Of a DNA stretch of 64,000 bases, positions 49,761-59,491 are shown in pieces (position 1 is the stretch's first letter; each line of letters opens with the position of its first letter). Location of the stretch: positions 14,134 through 78,133 of the forward strand of contig JALONR010000005.1 in the NCBI GenBank assembly GCA_025454815.1. Reading direction: 5' to 3'. Position numbers and translations under genes: made by a program. The notes under the pieces are model-generated. The model worked only from the letters and a program-made list of their open reading frames with translations, was not told the DNA's origin and searched no databases. This stretch comes from Bacteroidales bacterium (lineage in GTDB: Bacteria; Bacteroidota; Bacteroidia; Bacteroidales; VadinHA17).

Positions 49761-51044
49761 ATGAACACAATGAAGAAACTTGCCTTTTTGCTGATTATTC
49801 TTGCTGCATCTCTTACCTGCAGATCACAGGACAACATCAGGCTGCAGGAGGCATTTTATGATGCCGAATATTTCCTTATGCGGGGTGATTATTACGATGC
49901 ACTTCCATATTACCAGGGGATATATGTTGCCATGCCGGACAACGCAAGCATCGCTTTCAGGCTGGGGCTCTGCTACCTGAACATAGAAGGTAGCAAGAAC
50001 CTGGCTATCGAGTATCTTGAAAAAGCAACCATGAAACTTACGGGCAAGTACCGCGAGGGGTCACTGAGACAGACGGAGGCACCATATGAAGCCCTCTTTT
50101 TCCTTGGTGATGCCTACAGGATCAATTACATGTTCGAAAAGGCAAAGGATGCCTATTCACGCTACCGCCAGACAATCCTGCCCTCGGATATCGGGAACCT
50201 GATGTTCGTAGACCAGCAGATAGCTTCATGCAACAATGCCCCGGCACTGATGGCTGAACCCGTAAGGTTCACAGTTGAAGAGGTTGATGATATACTGAAC
50301 GACGCCAATGACAACTTCTTCCCGGTGGTATCACCGGATGGAAAGGCAATAGTCTACATGACCTCCATGAAATTCTATGATGCCATCATGTTCTCACGGT
50401 TCATGAGAAATGAATGGACCCCGCCGGTTAATATTACCCCTGAACTCCAGTCTGACGGTGACCACTACGTTTCGTGCCTTACAGCAGACAATAACCTGAT
50501 GCTCCTCTCCAAGGATGATAACATAAACAGCGATATCTGGATGAGCCGTTTTGACGGTATGCGCTGGGAACCGGCACGAAAACTGAAAAAGGAAATCAAT
50601 ACAAAGTACTGGGAGGCTCACGGTTTCATTACAGAAGACGGATCAACCCTGATATTTGCCAGCGACAGGCCCGGAGGCTTCGGGGGCCTCGATCTGTATA
50701 CATCAAAACTGGGAGATGACGGAGAGTGGAGCATACCAATAAATATGGGACCCGAGATCAATACTCCCTTCAACGAGGACAGGCCGTTCCTGATCAACGG
50801 CGGAAAAACGCTTTTCTTCGCCTCACAGGGCCATCAGAACCTGGGAGGGTATGATATCTTCCGCAGTCAGATACAGTACAATGGCCTGTGGAGCACACCT
50901 GAAAACCTGGGATACCCGCTGAACACACCTGATGACAACATCTTCTTCTGTCCTGCTGATAACGGGAAGGCAGGTTATATCTCCATCTACGGCAAGGATG
51001 GCGGATCAGGCAAAGCCGATATTTATCGTATCAGGTTCAAATAA
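49761..51044 (+). CDS. TPR + PD40 beta-propeller protein (no C-terminal domain)
   Basis: Signal peptide, TPRs, INTKYWE, GGLDLY, GPEINTPFNED.PF, GYPLNTPDD; ends GKADIYRIRFK. Confidence 0.87.
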   Translation: MNTMKKLAFLLIILAASLTCRSQDNIRLQEAFYDAEYFLMRGDYYDALPYYQGIYVAMPDNASIAFRLGLCYLNIEGSKNLAIEYLEKATMKLTGKYREGSLRQTEAPYEALFFLGDAYRINYMFEKAKDAYSRYRQTILPSDIGNLMFVDQQIASCNNAPALMAEPVRFTVEEVDDILNDANDNFFPVVSPDGKAIVYMTSMKFYDAIMFSRFMRNEWTPPVNITPELQSDGDHYVSCLTADNNLMLLSKDDNINSDIWMSRFDGMRWEPARKLKKEINTKYWEAHGFITEDGSTLIFASDRPGGFGGLDLYTSKLGDDGEWSIPINMGPEINTPFNEDRPFLINGGKTLFFASQGHQNLGGYDIFRSQIQYNGLWSTPENLGYPLNTPDDNIFFCPADNGKAGYISIYGKDGGSGKADIYRIRFK

Positions 51045-51101
51045 TGCTTCCTGACAGGGTGAAAATGCGGCGAATAATTTAATTTTACAGCAAACGGAAA
51101 A

Positions 51102-52748
51102 ATGAGATTAAGGGGAATAGCTTTTCTGACACTGCTTTTCATGCTTGTTCCGCTGCGGGGGCAGAAGAACAAAGAGCTGAAGGAGATCTGGATGGAGGCC
51201 GAGTCACATTACCTCTATGGCGAGTATGAACTGGCCAACCCCCTCTACCTCATGCTTAATGAACTCATTCCCGGTAACCATAACATCAAATACAAAATAG
51301 GTAACTGCTACCTTAATATATTTGATGAGAAGCCAAAAGCAATTCCTTTCCTCGAGGATGCCGTAGTAAGCACAAGTTACGACTCCAAAACCGGCAAACT
51401 TAAGGAAAAACGTGCACCTCTTGACGCCTATTTCTCACTTGCCAATGCCTACCGCATTACCAACAGGCTTGACAGCGCACTGAATACCTACAGGTTCTTC
51501 CAGCAGCTCATATCTGCATCAACAGAGATGCAAAACGCTGATTTTATCAACCAGCAGATGCAGGCATGCAAGGTTGCCACTGAACAGATGAATAAACCGG
51601 TGAATGTGCTTATACAGCCACTTAAGGAGTATATCAACCAGGGGTCTGTCAACGACAGACCGGTTGTCAGCTTTGACGGAAGCACCATGGCATATACCGA
51701 AAGACGGGGTCTAGAAAGCGTGGTTTACGTCACCCACCGGGAAGGAACATCATGGGGAACACCGGTGGACATAACCCTTGAGGCATCAATGGGCACCGAC
51801 TGCCACACCACCTCACTGAACAGCGACGGTACTGAACTCTATCTCTTCAAGAATGACAATTACGACGGCAACATATATGTGACAAGATTTGCTGACGGCA
51901 GATGGACCCCGGTTGAAAGACTCAACAAGAATATAAATACCAGGTTCTACGAATCACATGCATCCGTATCCGCAGACGGGAAAAAGCTTTACTTCACATC
52001 AAACCGTGAGGGAGGCCTTGGCGAACTTGACCTGTGGGTCTCGGAAAAAGATGCCACGGGAGACTGGGGTATAGCCTCCAACCTCGGCAATGTGGTCAAT
52101 ACTCCATATAACGAGGAGACACCATTCATTTCCGGAGACGGCATTACACTCACCTTCAGCTCTGAGGGGCACGGATCAATGGGGGGATATGACATCTTCC
52201 TTTCAAAACTGTCCGATGGAAAGTGGTCCGGACCCCTGAATATAGGCTACCCGGTCAGCACAACCGATGACAATATCGGATTCCAGCCATTTGCCCAGGG
52301 AAACTTCGGTTACTATTCCGTTATGACAGCCTACAAGAAAAAAGAGATAGCCCTTGTTACATTCAATCCTCCGGAAGAAGAAAAAAGAGACACCGTAACC
52401 ATCAGCTTCAATCCGGCCGACCTTCCCTACCTTACTGAGGTTGATTCATCACTGCTGATAACAGACCTTGTGGTAAGGGACGTGAAGGATACCGATGAAG
52501 AGCTTGACCCTGATGTACTCTACTACACTGTACAGGTAATGGCTCTTTATAACCCGGTAGATCCCGCCTATTTTGAGTATGCTGAAATAAATGTCTTCTT
52601 TAACCGGGAAGACCTGTTCTACAGGTATACCACAGGAAGGTTTGACACAAGGGCAAAGGCATACGAAGAGAAAGAGAGACTTCTCCGGCTCGGATACCCG
52701 GATGACATCTTCGTGAAGAAAGTTTACAGGAATGATTCTGGAAAATGA
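51102..52748 (+). CDS. TPR + PD40 beta-propeller protein with C-terminal SPOR-like domain
   Basis: Signal peptide, TPRs, PD40 repeats; C-terminus YTVQVMA...YRYTTGRF....A......L...GY..D.FV resembles SPOR. Confidence 0.82.
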   Translation: MRLRGIAFLTLLFMLVPLRGQKNKELKEIWMEAESHYLYGEYELANPLYLMLNELIPGNHNIKYKIGNCYLNIFDEKPKAIPFLEDAVVSTSYDSKTGKLKEKRAPLDAYFSLANAYRITNRLDSALNTYRFFQQLISASTEMQNADFINQQMQACKVATEQMNKPVNVLIQPLKEYINQGSVNDRPVVSFDGSTMAYTERRGLESVVYVTHREGTSWGTPVDITLEASMGTDCHTTSLNSDGTELYLFKNDNYDGNIYVTRFADGRWTPVERLNKNINTRFYESHASVSADGKKLYFTSNREGGLGELDLWVSEKDATGDWGIASNLGNVVNTPYNEETPFISGDGITLTFSSEGHGSMGGYDIFLSKLSDGKWSGPLNIGYPVSTTDDNIGFQPFAQGNFGYYSVMTAYKKKEIALVTFNPPEEEKRDTVTISFNPADLPYLTEVDSSLLITDLVVRDVKDTDEELDPDVLYYTVQVMALYNPVDPAYFEYAEINVFFNREDLFYRYTTGRFDTRAKAYEEKERLLRLGYPDDIFVKKVYRNDSGK

Positions 52749-53262
52749 CGGTATCAGGCTCCGGGCTGTCGAGCCCGAAGACCTGGAACTGCTATACCGG
52801 TGGGAAAATGATGAAGCCAACTGGAAGCTCAGCAACACGCTTGTCCCCTATTCCAGGTACATCCTGAAGAAATATATCGCCGGATCTGGCAAGAGCATAT
52901 ATGAGACTGGCCAGTTAAGGCTCATGATTGAGGTGCTCCCCGATGAACGGACTGTGGGTACCATAGACCTTTACGACTTCGACCACTTTCATAACCGCGC
53001 CGGGGTTGGCATTTTGATTGCCGATCCGGCAGACAGGAAAAAGGGATATGCTTCAGCTGCACTTGTCTGCCTTATCGGCTATGCCTTCGAAACCATTGGC
53101 CTCCATCAGCTATGGTGCAACATCCTGGAAAACAACGCTGAGAGTTTACATCTGTTCACACATCACGGCTTTGTAATCTGCGGCGCCAGAAAGGAGTGGG
53201 TAAGAATGGGCACCGGTTACGAAACAGAATATAACCTCCAGCTCATCAGCCCCAAAAAATAA
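52732..53262 (+). CDS. RimJ/SpeG-like GNAT N-acetyltransferase
   Basis: LRAVEPEDL..LY.WEND, G.IDL.DFD...RAG.GI, R.KGYA, N..S..LF...GF. Confidence 0.92.
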   Translation: MILENDGIRLRAVEPEDLELLYRWENDEANWKLSNTLVPYSRYILKKYIAGSGKSIYETGQLRLMIEVLPDERTVGTIDLYDFDHFHNRAGVGILIADPADRKKGYASAALVCLIGYAFETIGLHQLWCNILENNAESLHLFTHHGFVICGARKEWVRMGTGYETEYNLQLISPKK

Positions 53263-53392
53263 ATACTGCCCAGGGGGTTGGGCAGTATTATTTTCTCGCC
53301 GGCTTAAAAAAGAAGTACCATTTTGAGCCGGAGAGAGGAAACGGGGAATCTAAAAAACACTAATCCTTAAACTCCTCTGTTATTCCGCTTGC
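53255..53392 (-). ncRNA. Candidate ~135-nt small RNA downstream of the PAS-LuxR gene
   Basis: Minus-strand TAGTTTTG -7 box (53397-53404), upstream 7-2-7 operator, internal hairpin 53294-53336, ends at the terminator; only a 5-18 codon ORF inside. Confidence 0.5.
53262..53289. terminator. Bidirectional intrinsic terminator
   Basis: AATACTGCCCA-GGGGGT-TGGGCAGTATT 11-bp stem, A-run on the left and T-run on the right. Confidence 0.85.
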
Positions 53393-53425
53393 GATACAAA
53401 ACTAGCCGGACCTGTTTTTCCCTGC

Positions 53426-53445
53426 AATACCCATTAATGGGTATT
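53426..53445. promoter_or_regulatory. NarL/LuxR-type 7-2-7 operator
   Basis: Perfect 20-bp palindrome AA-TACCCAT-TA-ATGGGTA-TT immediately after the LuxR stop; matches the NarL heptamer consensus TACYNMT. Confidence 0.7.
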
Positions 53446-53446
53446 T

Positions 53447-54211
53447 TTAAATGATGCCGTTGGTGGCAGCATATATCAACATATCCACCAGGTTACTGGT
53501 ACCGGTCTTACGCATTATGTTCTTCCGGTGGGTGTTGACTGTGAACTCACTGATATTTAACTCGTAAGCTATTCTCCTGCTTGTATATCCCCGTGAAATG
53601 TGATAAATGATTTCCTGCTCCCTCCTGGATATTGAAGGACCCCCACCATGTACCTCCGGTACCTCCCTGAAAGGCCTGCCGCCCAGCAGTGAAAAGGAAA
53701 CCTTCGTGCCGCAATGAATATGGGAAATATCCCTGATAACTGCCATTTCATAGATTCCTCCCTCCTGATTAATATGACGTGATATCGTAAGGGAAATCCT
53801 TGTATACCTTCCGTTACTCTTTGCAGCCCTGTATGTCATGTAGAGAACCACATGCCTGTTGGAGAGGCCGGATATATAATTCATCTCCCTGTTCAGTACC
53901 ATCTTACCTATTTCGAAAACAGGTTTACGGTCATCAGGATGAATTATTTCAAAATGTTTCGGAAAGTCATATCCCGGTTCCCTGTAGCCCAGTACCTGCT
54001 CAACATTCGGGCTCACATACAGCATCCTGAGCGTTGAATAGTCTGCCAGGAAGAAAAACTGGTTGGCATAGTCAAAAAGCTCCAGAACCTGGTCATTTAC
54101 CTCTATTTTTCCATTGAAGGGTAAACGTAATGAATTACCGAACTTCTCAGCAAAAAGTTTCTCCCAGGGTTCGACAACGGCTTTCTTGAGGTTGTTGCTT
54201 TCAGGATCCAT
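53447..54211 (-). CDS. PAS-domain LuxR family transcriptional regulator
   Basis: PAS (YVSPNVEQVLGY, IHPDD) plus HTH ISRREQEII...GYTS..IA..L.IS..TV.THRKNI..K. Confidence 0.92.
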   Translation of the reverse strand: MDPESNNLKKAVVEPWEKLFAEKFGNSLRLPFNGKIEVNDQVLELFDYANQFFFLADYSTLRMLYVSPNVEQVLGYREPGYDFPKHFEIIHPDDRKPVFEIGKMVLNREMNYISGLSNRHVVLYMTYRAAKSNGRYTRISLTISRHINQEGGIYEMAVIRDISHIHCGTKVSFSLLGGRPFREVPEVHGGGPSISRREQEIIYHISRGYTSRRIAYELNISEFTVNTHRKNIMRKTGTSNLVDMLIYAATNGII

Positions 54212-54259
54212 TCCAGTAAGATTAGCGGTTTGTATCGATCTGATTATAGGCAGGGAACA

Positions 54260-55927
54260 TCATTGTGTTCGTTCTCTCGTATTACGGTAATCACCCTTAA
54301 AGTAGTTTATCCCAATCAGGTCATACCTCTCTTTCAGTATCTCCAGCCTTGCCAGGAACTCTTCAAAGTCCTTCTTCATTTCAGGCGTCCAGCCTGTTTC
54401 AGCTACGGCAAATGCTCTCGGGAATGCCATGTATTCAAGATGGGACATGGTTGATATATATTCAGTCCAGACATTGCCCTGAAGGCCAAGGATGTATTCC
54501 TGCTCCTCAGGGGAAAGTTCGTCAGGCAGGGGCTCAAATGAATAGACCCGTTCTAGCGGCAGATAGCCTCCGATGGCAAGTGGTTCGCCATGCGGTTCGC
54601 CCTGGTAATAATCGAGATACATATGCGTGGTTGGGGTCATGATCACATCATGTTCCATTTTTGCAGCCTCAATGCCTCCCTTTATGCCGCGCCATGACAT
54701 CACCGTCGCCCCGGGAGCCAGGCCTCCTTCAAGTATCTCATCCCAGCCTATTATCTTTTTGCCGTGCGAGCTGAGGTATTTTTCCATCCGGGTAATGAAC
54801 CAGCTCTGGAGCTCATGCTCATCCTTAAGCCCCTCCTCTTTTATCCTCTTCTGGCAGGCAGGGCAGTTCTCCCATCTTACCTTCGGGCATTCGTCGCCGC
54901 CGATATGAATATATTCCGATGGAAATATTCCGGTCACCTCCGTCAGTACATCCTCCAGGAAGGCAAATACAGTGTCGCGCCCGGCGCAGAAGACATCGTC
55001 AAAGACGCCCCACCTGGTCTGCACTTCCAGCTCTTTGCCGGTGCAGGACAGCCAAGGATAGGATGCGATGGCCGCCACAGCATGGCCTGGCATCTCTATT
55101 TCAGGAATGACGGTAATGAACCTGTCTGCTGCATATTTTACTATTTCTCTCGCCTGGTCCTGCGTATAAAATCCTCCGTGAGGGGTTCCGTCATAAACAA
55201 ACGGCGGCCTGCCTCCATGACCGATTAGAGTCTCTTTTCTCTGCGACCCCACGGCCGTAAGCTCCGGATATTTCTTTATCTCTATTCTCCATCCCTGGTC
55301 ATCCGTCAGATGCCAGTGGAATACATTGAACTTATGGAGAGCCATGATATCAAGATATCGCTTTACTTCCTCTACCGTGAAAAAATGACGACTTACGTCA
55401 AGATGCATACCACGGTAGCTGAAACGAGGGGCATCAGTTATATGACACGCCGGCACAACAGCAGCGCCCTCTGCGGTCAGGCCTCCTTCTGCCTCAACCT
55501 GCGGCGGAAGCAATTGCCTCAGCGTCTGAGCACCACGGAAGAGCCCTGCTGCCGAAGGTGATTTGAGGACAATGTTTTTCGCAGTCACTGACAGGGTATA
55601 TCCTTCAGTATCATCCGAAACTGCGGTATCAAGGACCATCACTATCCGGTTCTTCGCTTCTTCCGGCCCTTCCTTCACTGGCAACGGCACTGCCGCGCTC
55701 TTTCTGATCATTTCAGCAATAAATACTGCCGGGAGCATGGTTTCATCATTGAGCGGGGATACTGTCAGCTCCGTTTTCCCGTCAATTATGAAACTCCCCT
55801 TCGCCATCACCAGCTCTGCCGGTTTAGGAATAATTGAATATCTTTCAGGCATATTCACCTCCTTCCTGCTGCAGCCGGATACCGTCATGGTAATCATAAG
55901 TGCTGCGAATGCTATTCTTGTCATCAA
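54260..55927 (-). CDS. GH20 beta-N-acetylhexosaminidase (lipoprotein)
   Basis: Lipobox VSGC, D.PRF.YRG.HLDVSRHF, HWHLTDDQGWR, PEIEMPGH, catalytic HIGGDE, W.EY. Confidence 0.96.
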   Translation of the reverse strand: MMTRIAFAALMITMTVSGCSRKEVNMPERYSIIPKPAELVMAKGSFIIDGKTELTVSPLNDETMLPAVFIAEMIRKSAAVPLPVKEGPEEAKNRIVMVLDTAVSDDTEGYTLSVTAKNIVLKSPSAAGLFRGAQTLRQLLPPQVEAEGGLTAEGAAVVPACHITDAPRFSYRGMHLDVSRHFFTVEEVKRYLDIMALHKFNVFHWHLTDDQGWRIEIKKYPELTAVGSQRKETLIGHGGRPPFVYDGTPHGGFYTQDQAREIVKYAADRFITVIPEIEMPGHAVAAIASYPWLSCTGKELEVQTRWGVFDDVFCAGRDTVFAFLEDVLTEVTGIFPSEYIHIGGDECPKVRWENCPACQKRIKEEGLKDEHELQSWFITRMEKYLSSHGKKIIGWDEILEGGLAPGATVMSWRGIKGGIEAAKMEHDVIMTPTTHMYLDYYQGEPHGEPLAIGGYLPLERVYSFEPLPDELSPEEQEYILGLQGNVWTEYISTMSHLEYMAFPRAFAVAETGWTPEMKKDFEEFLARLEILKERYDLIGINYFKGDYRNTRERTQ

Positions 55928-56967
55928 TCCTGTATTTTGTCCGTTTCCACAATCCGCCCCCTCCTGTTTGCTGCCAGCATTCCGCAGGCGGCATTTATGT
56001 CAGATCCTCTTGATTTCCTGACGGATGCTCCTATTCCGGATATCACAAGTTCATGTTTGAACTTTATCATCACATCCTCTCCCGAGCTTTGCAGGTCATC
56101 GCCTTCAAACGGGTGGTAGGGAAGAAGATTAACCCTGATGCCGGTTCCGGCAAACAAATGCTTCAATTCCTCAAGGTGCCTCCCGGAATCATTTTTCCCG
56201 TTTATCATAACATAAGCTACGGTAAAACGCCTTTTTCTCCGGTTGTCATACTCCCTGAGAAGGTCCAGTGTTTCCATGAACGGCCAGCGCTTCTCTGCAG
56301 GTATTACCTCACTTCTTTCTTCAGGAAAAGGTGAATGAAGGCTGAGGGTGATATTGCATTCAGTCTCCTCAAGGAGCCTTTTTACCGAAGGTGTCACTCC
56401 CACAGTGGAGACAGTGACCCTGCTCCTCCCTTTAGCCAGTCCCCATTCGGCAGTGAGGATGCGGCAGGCGCGTATAGCCTCATCAATGTTGTCTCCCGGC
56501 TCACCCATACCCATCATCACCACATGTGTCACCTCATGAGGAATACTGATCACCTGGTTCACAATCTCACCTGCTGAGAGGTCTCCTCCCCATCCGTTCC
56601 TTCCGGTGGCACAAAAGCGGCAACCCATCCGGCAGCCTGATTGAACCGAGACACAGACGGTACTTCTCTTTCCGTCAGGGAGCCAGACGGTCTCATGTGA
56701 CTGACCGTCAGCCGTACTGAAAAGATATCTGACTGAACCGTCAGAAGAGACTTCTGAGGCTATGGGAGCACTGAGGCCGGGCACTGCATTTGCAGATAAA
56801 ATATGGAGAACCGCCGCCGGGATGTCATTGATCTCTCCGAACGATTTTATCCCTTTTCTGTAGACCCAGTAAAGCAGCCTGCGCGAATGACGCATATCTA
56901 TCCCGAGGCTGCCGAGAAAATCCCCGGTATCTTTCAGATCTGATCCTGCAATACTCCTCAGCTTCAT
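55924..56967 (-). CDS. rlmN: RlmN-family radical SAM RNA methyltransferase
   Basis: CVSVQSGCRMGCRFCATG, MGMGEP, SLH, VNLLPY, RG.DI.AACG.L. Confidence 0.85.
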   Translation of the reverse strand: MKLRSIAGSDLKDTGDFLGSLGIDMRHSRRLLYWVYRKGIKSFGEINDIPAAVLHILSANAVPGLSAPIASEVSSDGSVRYLFSTADGQSHETVWLPDGKRSTVCVSVQSGCRMGCRFCATGRNGWGGDLSAGEIVNQVISIPHEVTHVVMMGMGEPGDNIDEAIRACRILTAEWGLAKGRSRVTVSTVGVTPSVKRLLEETECNITLSLHSPFPEERSEVIPAEKRWPFMETLDLLREYDNRRKRRFTVAYVMINGKNDSGRHLEELKHLFAGTGIRVNLLPYHPFEGDDLQSSGEDVMIKFKHELVISGIGASVRKSRGSDINAACGMLAANRRGRIVETDKIQD

Positions 56968-57072
56968 AACCTCCCTGCCCCTGTTATAAAGATATTAAAT
57001 TACTTCATTCAAGCTTTTTTTTCCATATTTATAATTTGATAACCCTTACCCTTTTTGCCTGATAGTATCACA

Positions 57073-59298
57073 ATGGAAACAACCTCAGCAAAACGGCGAT
57101 TTGGTACGGCACCTGTATATTTCACGGCTGTCTCAACCATCCTGGGAGCAATCCTCTTCCTGCGATTCGGGTTTGCAGTTGGAACCCTCGGTTTCTGGGG
57201 CACTCTTCTGCTGATAGTAATGGGACACGCCGTGACAATTCCCACAGCACTGGCTCTCTCGGAACTTGCAACAAACAAGCGGGTTGAAGGTGGCGGGGAG
57301 TATTTCATCATCTCGTGGTCATTCGGTCTTAATACCGGGGCCACAATTGGCATAGCGCTCTTCCTGTCGCAGGCAATCAGTGTTGCCTTTTATATCATCG
57401 CCTTTACGGAAGCATTCCAGTTTTTCTTCGATTACGCAGTCCAGCGCTTCTCTGTGGTGATACCCAGGCAGGTGATAAGCCTTCCCGTGACATTTGTGCT
57501 TGGAATCATAATACTGCGGAAAGGATCAAATACCGGGGTAAAGATGCTTTATGCCGTGGTTGCCATCCTGTTCATCACGCTGCTTCTCTTCTTCCTGGGC
57601 AAGCCTGCTTCCGGAAGCCTCGCCACGGGTGAGATGCCGCTGGGCGATATCCGCAACATGAGCGATATATTCATTGTATTTGCAATAGTTTTTCCCGCTT
57701 TTACCGGCATAACGGCCGGTGTAGGGCTGTCAGGTGACCTTCGCAACCCTGCCCGGGCAATACCGATGGGGACAATCCTGGCAACATTTACCGGTCTGGT
57801 TGTATATATCCTGGTGATCTGGAAGCTCTCCGTCTCGGCCACGCCTGAAGAGATGCTTGAGAATCAGCTCATAATGGGGAAAATTGCACTGGGCGGTGCA
57901 GTAATTGTACCTCTCGGTCTGGCGGCTTCAACAATCTCCTCTGCACTCGGCTCTGTGCTGGTTGCTCCCCGCACACTCCAGGCACTGGCCAATGACACCT
58001 CCTTCCCCTCAATGAGACTTAACAGGTGGCTTGCTGCCGCAAGAAGCACTGACGGGGAACCGGTGAATGCAACCATTGTTACATTGGTAATCGCATTCAT
58101 CTTCGTCACCCTCGGAAATGTAAACGCCGTTGCAGAGATCATCTCCATGTTCTTCCTTGTCACCTACGGGTCTCTCTGCCTCATTTCATTCCTGAATCAC
58201 TTCGGCTCCTCGCCCTCATACCGGCCCTCATTCAGGTCAAAATGGTACCTCTCGCTTACCGGATTTGCCGTTGCACTTATTGTAATGTTCAGGATCAATA
58301 CACTATATGCCCTCACCGCCATAATCCTTATCGTAATAATATATTCATTTATAAATCATTATCATAAAAACCGGACCGGCCTCGAATCGCTTTTTGCCAA
58401 CACCCTCTTTCAGATCAACCGTAACCTGCAGGTTTACCTGCAAAAGTCGGAAAGCAAACGGAAACAAAAGGAATGGAGACCGGGGGTGATATGTATCTCG
58501 AAGGACTCATTCAGGCGGGAAAGGGCCTTCAGACTCCTCAACTGGATCTCATACAGTTATGGATTCGGAACATACCTGCACCGGATTGACGGATACTATT
58601 CGAGGGCAACCAGCAAACAGGCTGCAGAAGAGCTGGAGAAACTCATAGAAATCTATGAGACATCCCATAATCATGTCTATGTTGACACCATCATTTCACC
58701 CTCATACACCTCTGCCATAGTGCAGGCTATACAGGTGCCGGGCATTTCAGGGATGGAAAACAACATGGTGGTGTTTGAATATGACAAGGAAAACCCGGAA
58801 AACCTCGGTGAGATAATCGAGAATATCCGGCTGATCAAAGCCGGCAACTTTGATATCTGCCTCCTTGCATCCGCCTCAAAGGATATGAACTACAGCAAAG
58901 GCATACATGTGTGGATCGATTTCAATGAGCCGGAGAACGCCAGTCTGCTCATTCTCCTGAGCTTCATCATCTCAGGCCACCCGGACTGGAAGAGGTCGTT
59001 CATTAAGGTATTCTGTACCTGCAAACCCGGACAGTCTTCAAATATACGCGGCGATTTGTCGGAGCTGATCAGATCCGGACGGCTTCCGATTACGGAGACA
59101 AACATAGAGATCATTGAAGTGATGCACGGGAACTCGGTCAAGAACCTCATCAATGATCTTTCATCCACTGCCGCGATGGTGATGACCGGGTTCAGGCCGG
59201 AAACGCTTAAACATAACGGTGAAACCATACTGAGCGGTTATGATGAGACCGGCACCATTCTGTTCGTCAACTCCCAGTACCAGAAGGAGATTGTATAG
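57073..59298 (+). CDS. Cation-chloride cotransporter (SLC12-like, APC superfamily)
   Basis: TILGAILFLR, ATN.RV.GGG.Y.IIS, FPAFTG..AG...SGDL..P...IP.GT, APRTLQALA.D, large cytosolic C-domain (WRP). Confidence 0.88.
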   Translation: METTSAKRRFGTAPVYFTAVSTILGAILFLRFGFAVGTLGFWGTLLLIVMGHAVTIPTALALSELATNKRVEGGGEYFIISWSFGLNTGATIGIALFLSQAISVAFYIIAFTEAFQFFFDYAVQRFSVVIPRQVISLPVTFVLGIIILRKGSNTGVKMLYAVVAILFITLLLFFLGKPASGSLATGEMPLGDIRNMSDIFIVFAIVFPAFTGITAGVGLSGDLRNPARAIPMGTILATFTGLVVYILVIWKLSVSATPEEMLENQLIMGKIALGGAVIVPLGLAASTISSALGSVLVAPRTLQALANDTSFPSMRLNRWLAAARSTDGEPVNATIVTLVIAFIFVTLGNVNAVAEIISMFFLVTYGSLCLISFLNHFGSSPSYRPSFRSKWYLSLTGFAVALIVMFRINTLYALTAIILIVIIYSFINHYHKNRTGLESLFANTLFQINRNLQVYLQKSESKRKQKEWRPGVICISKDSFRRERAFRLLNWISYSYGFGTYLHRIDGYYSRATSKQAAEELEKLIEIYETSHNHVYVDTIISPSYTSAIVQAIQVPGISGMENNMVVFEYDKENPENLGEIIENIRLIKAGNFDICLLASASKDMNYSKGIHVWIDFNEPENASLLILLSFIISGHPDWKRSFIKVFCTCKPGQSSNIRGDLSELIRSGRLPITETNIEIIEVMHGNSVKNLINDLSSTAAMVMTGFRPETLKHNGETILSGYDETGTILFVNSQYQKEIV

Positions 59299-59491
59299 TC
59301 ACAGGCAGCCTGTTGAGATTCCTGATCACTACTGTGCCTGCCGGGCCTAACGGAAAGCCGGCAAAAAAATTTTGTTGATAACTTGTTAAAGTTTGAAACA
59401 TTTATCCCCTTCGCCGAGTATAAAGTGAAGTCGCATCAGTTAAATTTGGTGCGATGATGACTAACCTCGCAAATATTTTGAACAGGTGCCT

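Noticed and set aside
55924-56967. Cfr-type resistance methyltransferase
   Set aside because: Has RlmN-type MGMGEP and AACG.L motifs, host-like composition and no mobile context; phylogeny would be needed to overturn this.
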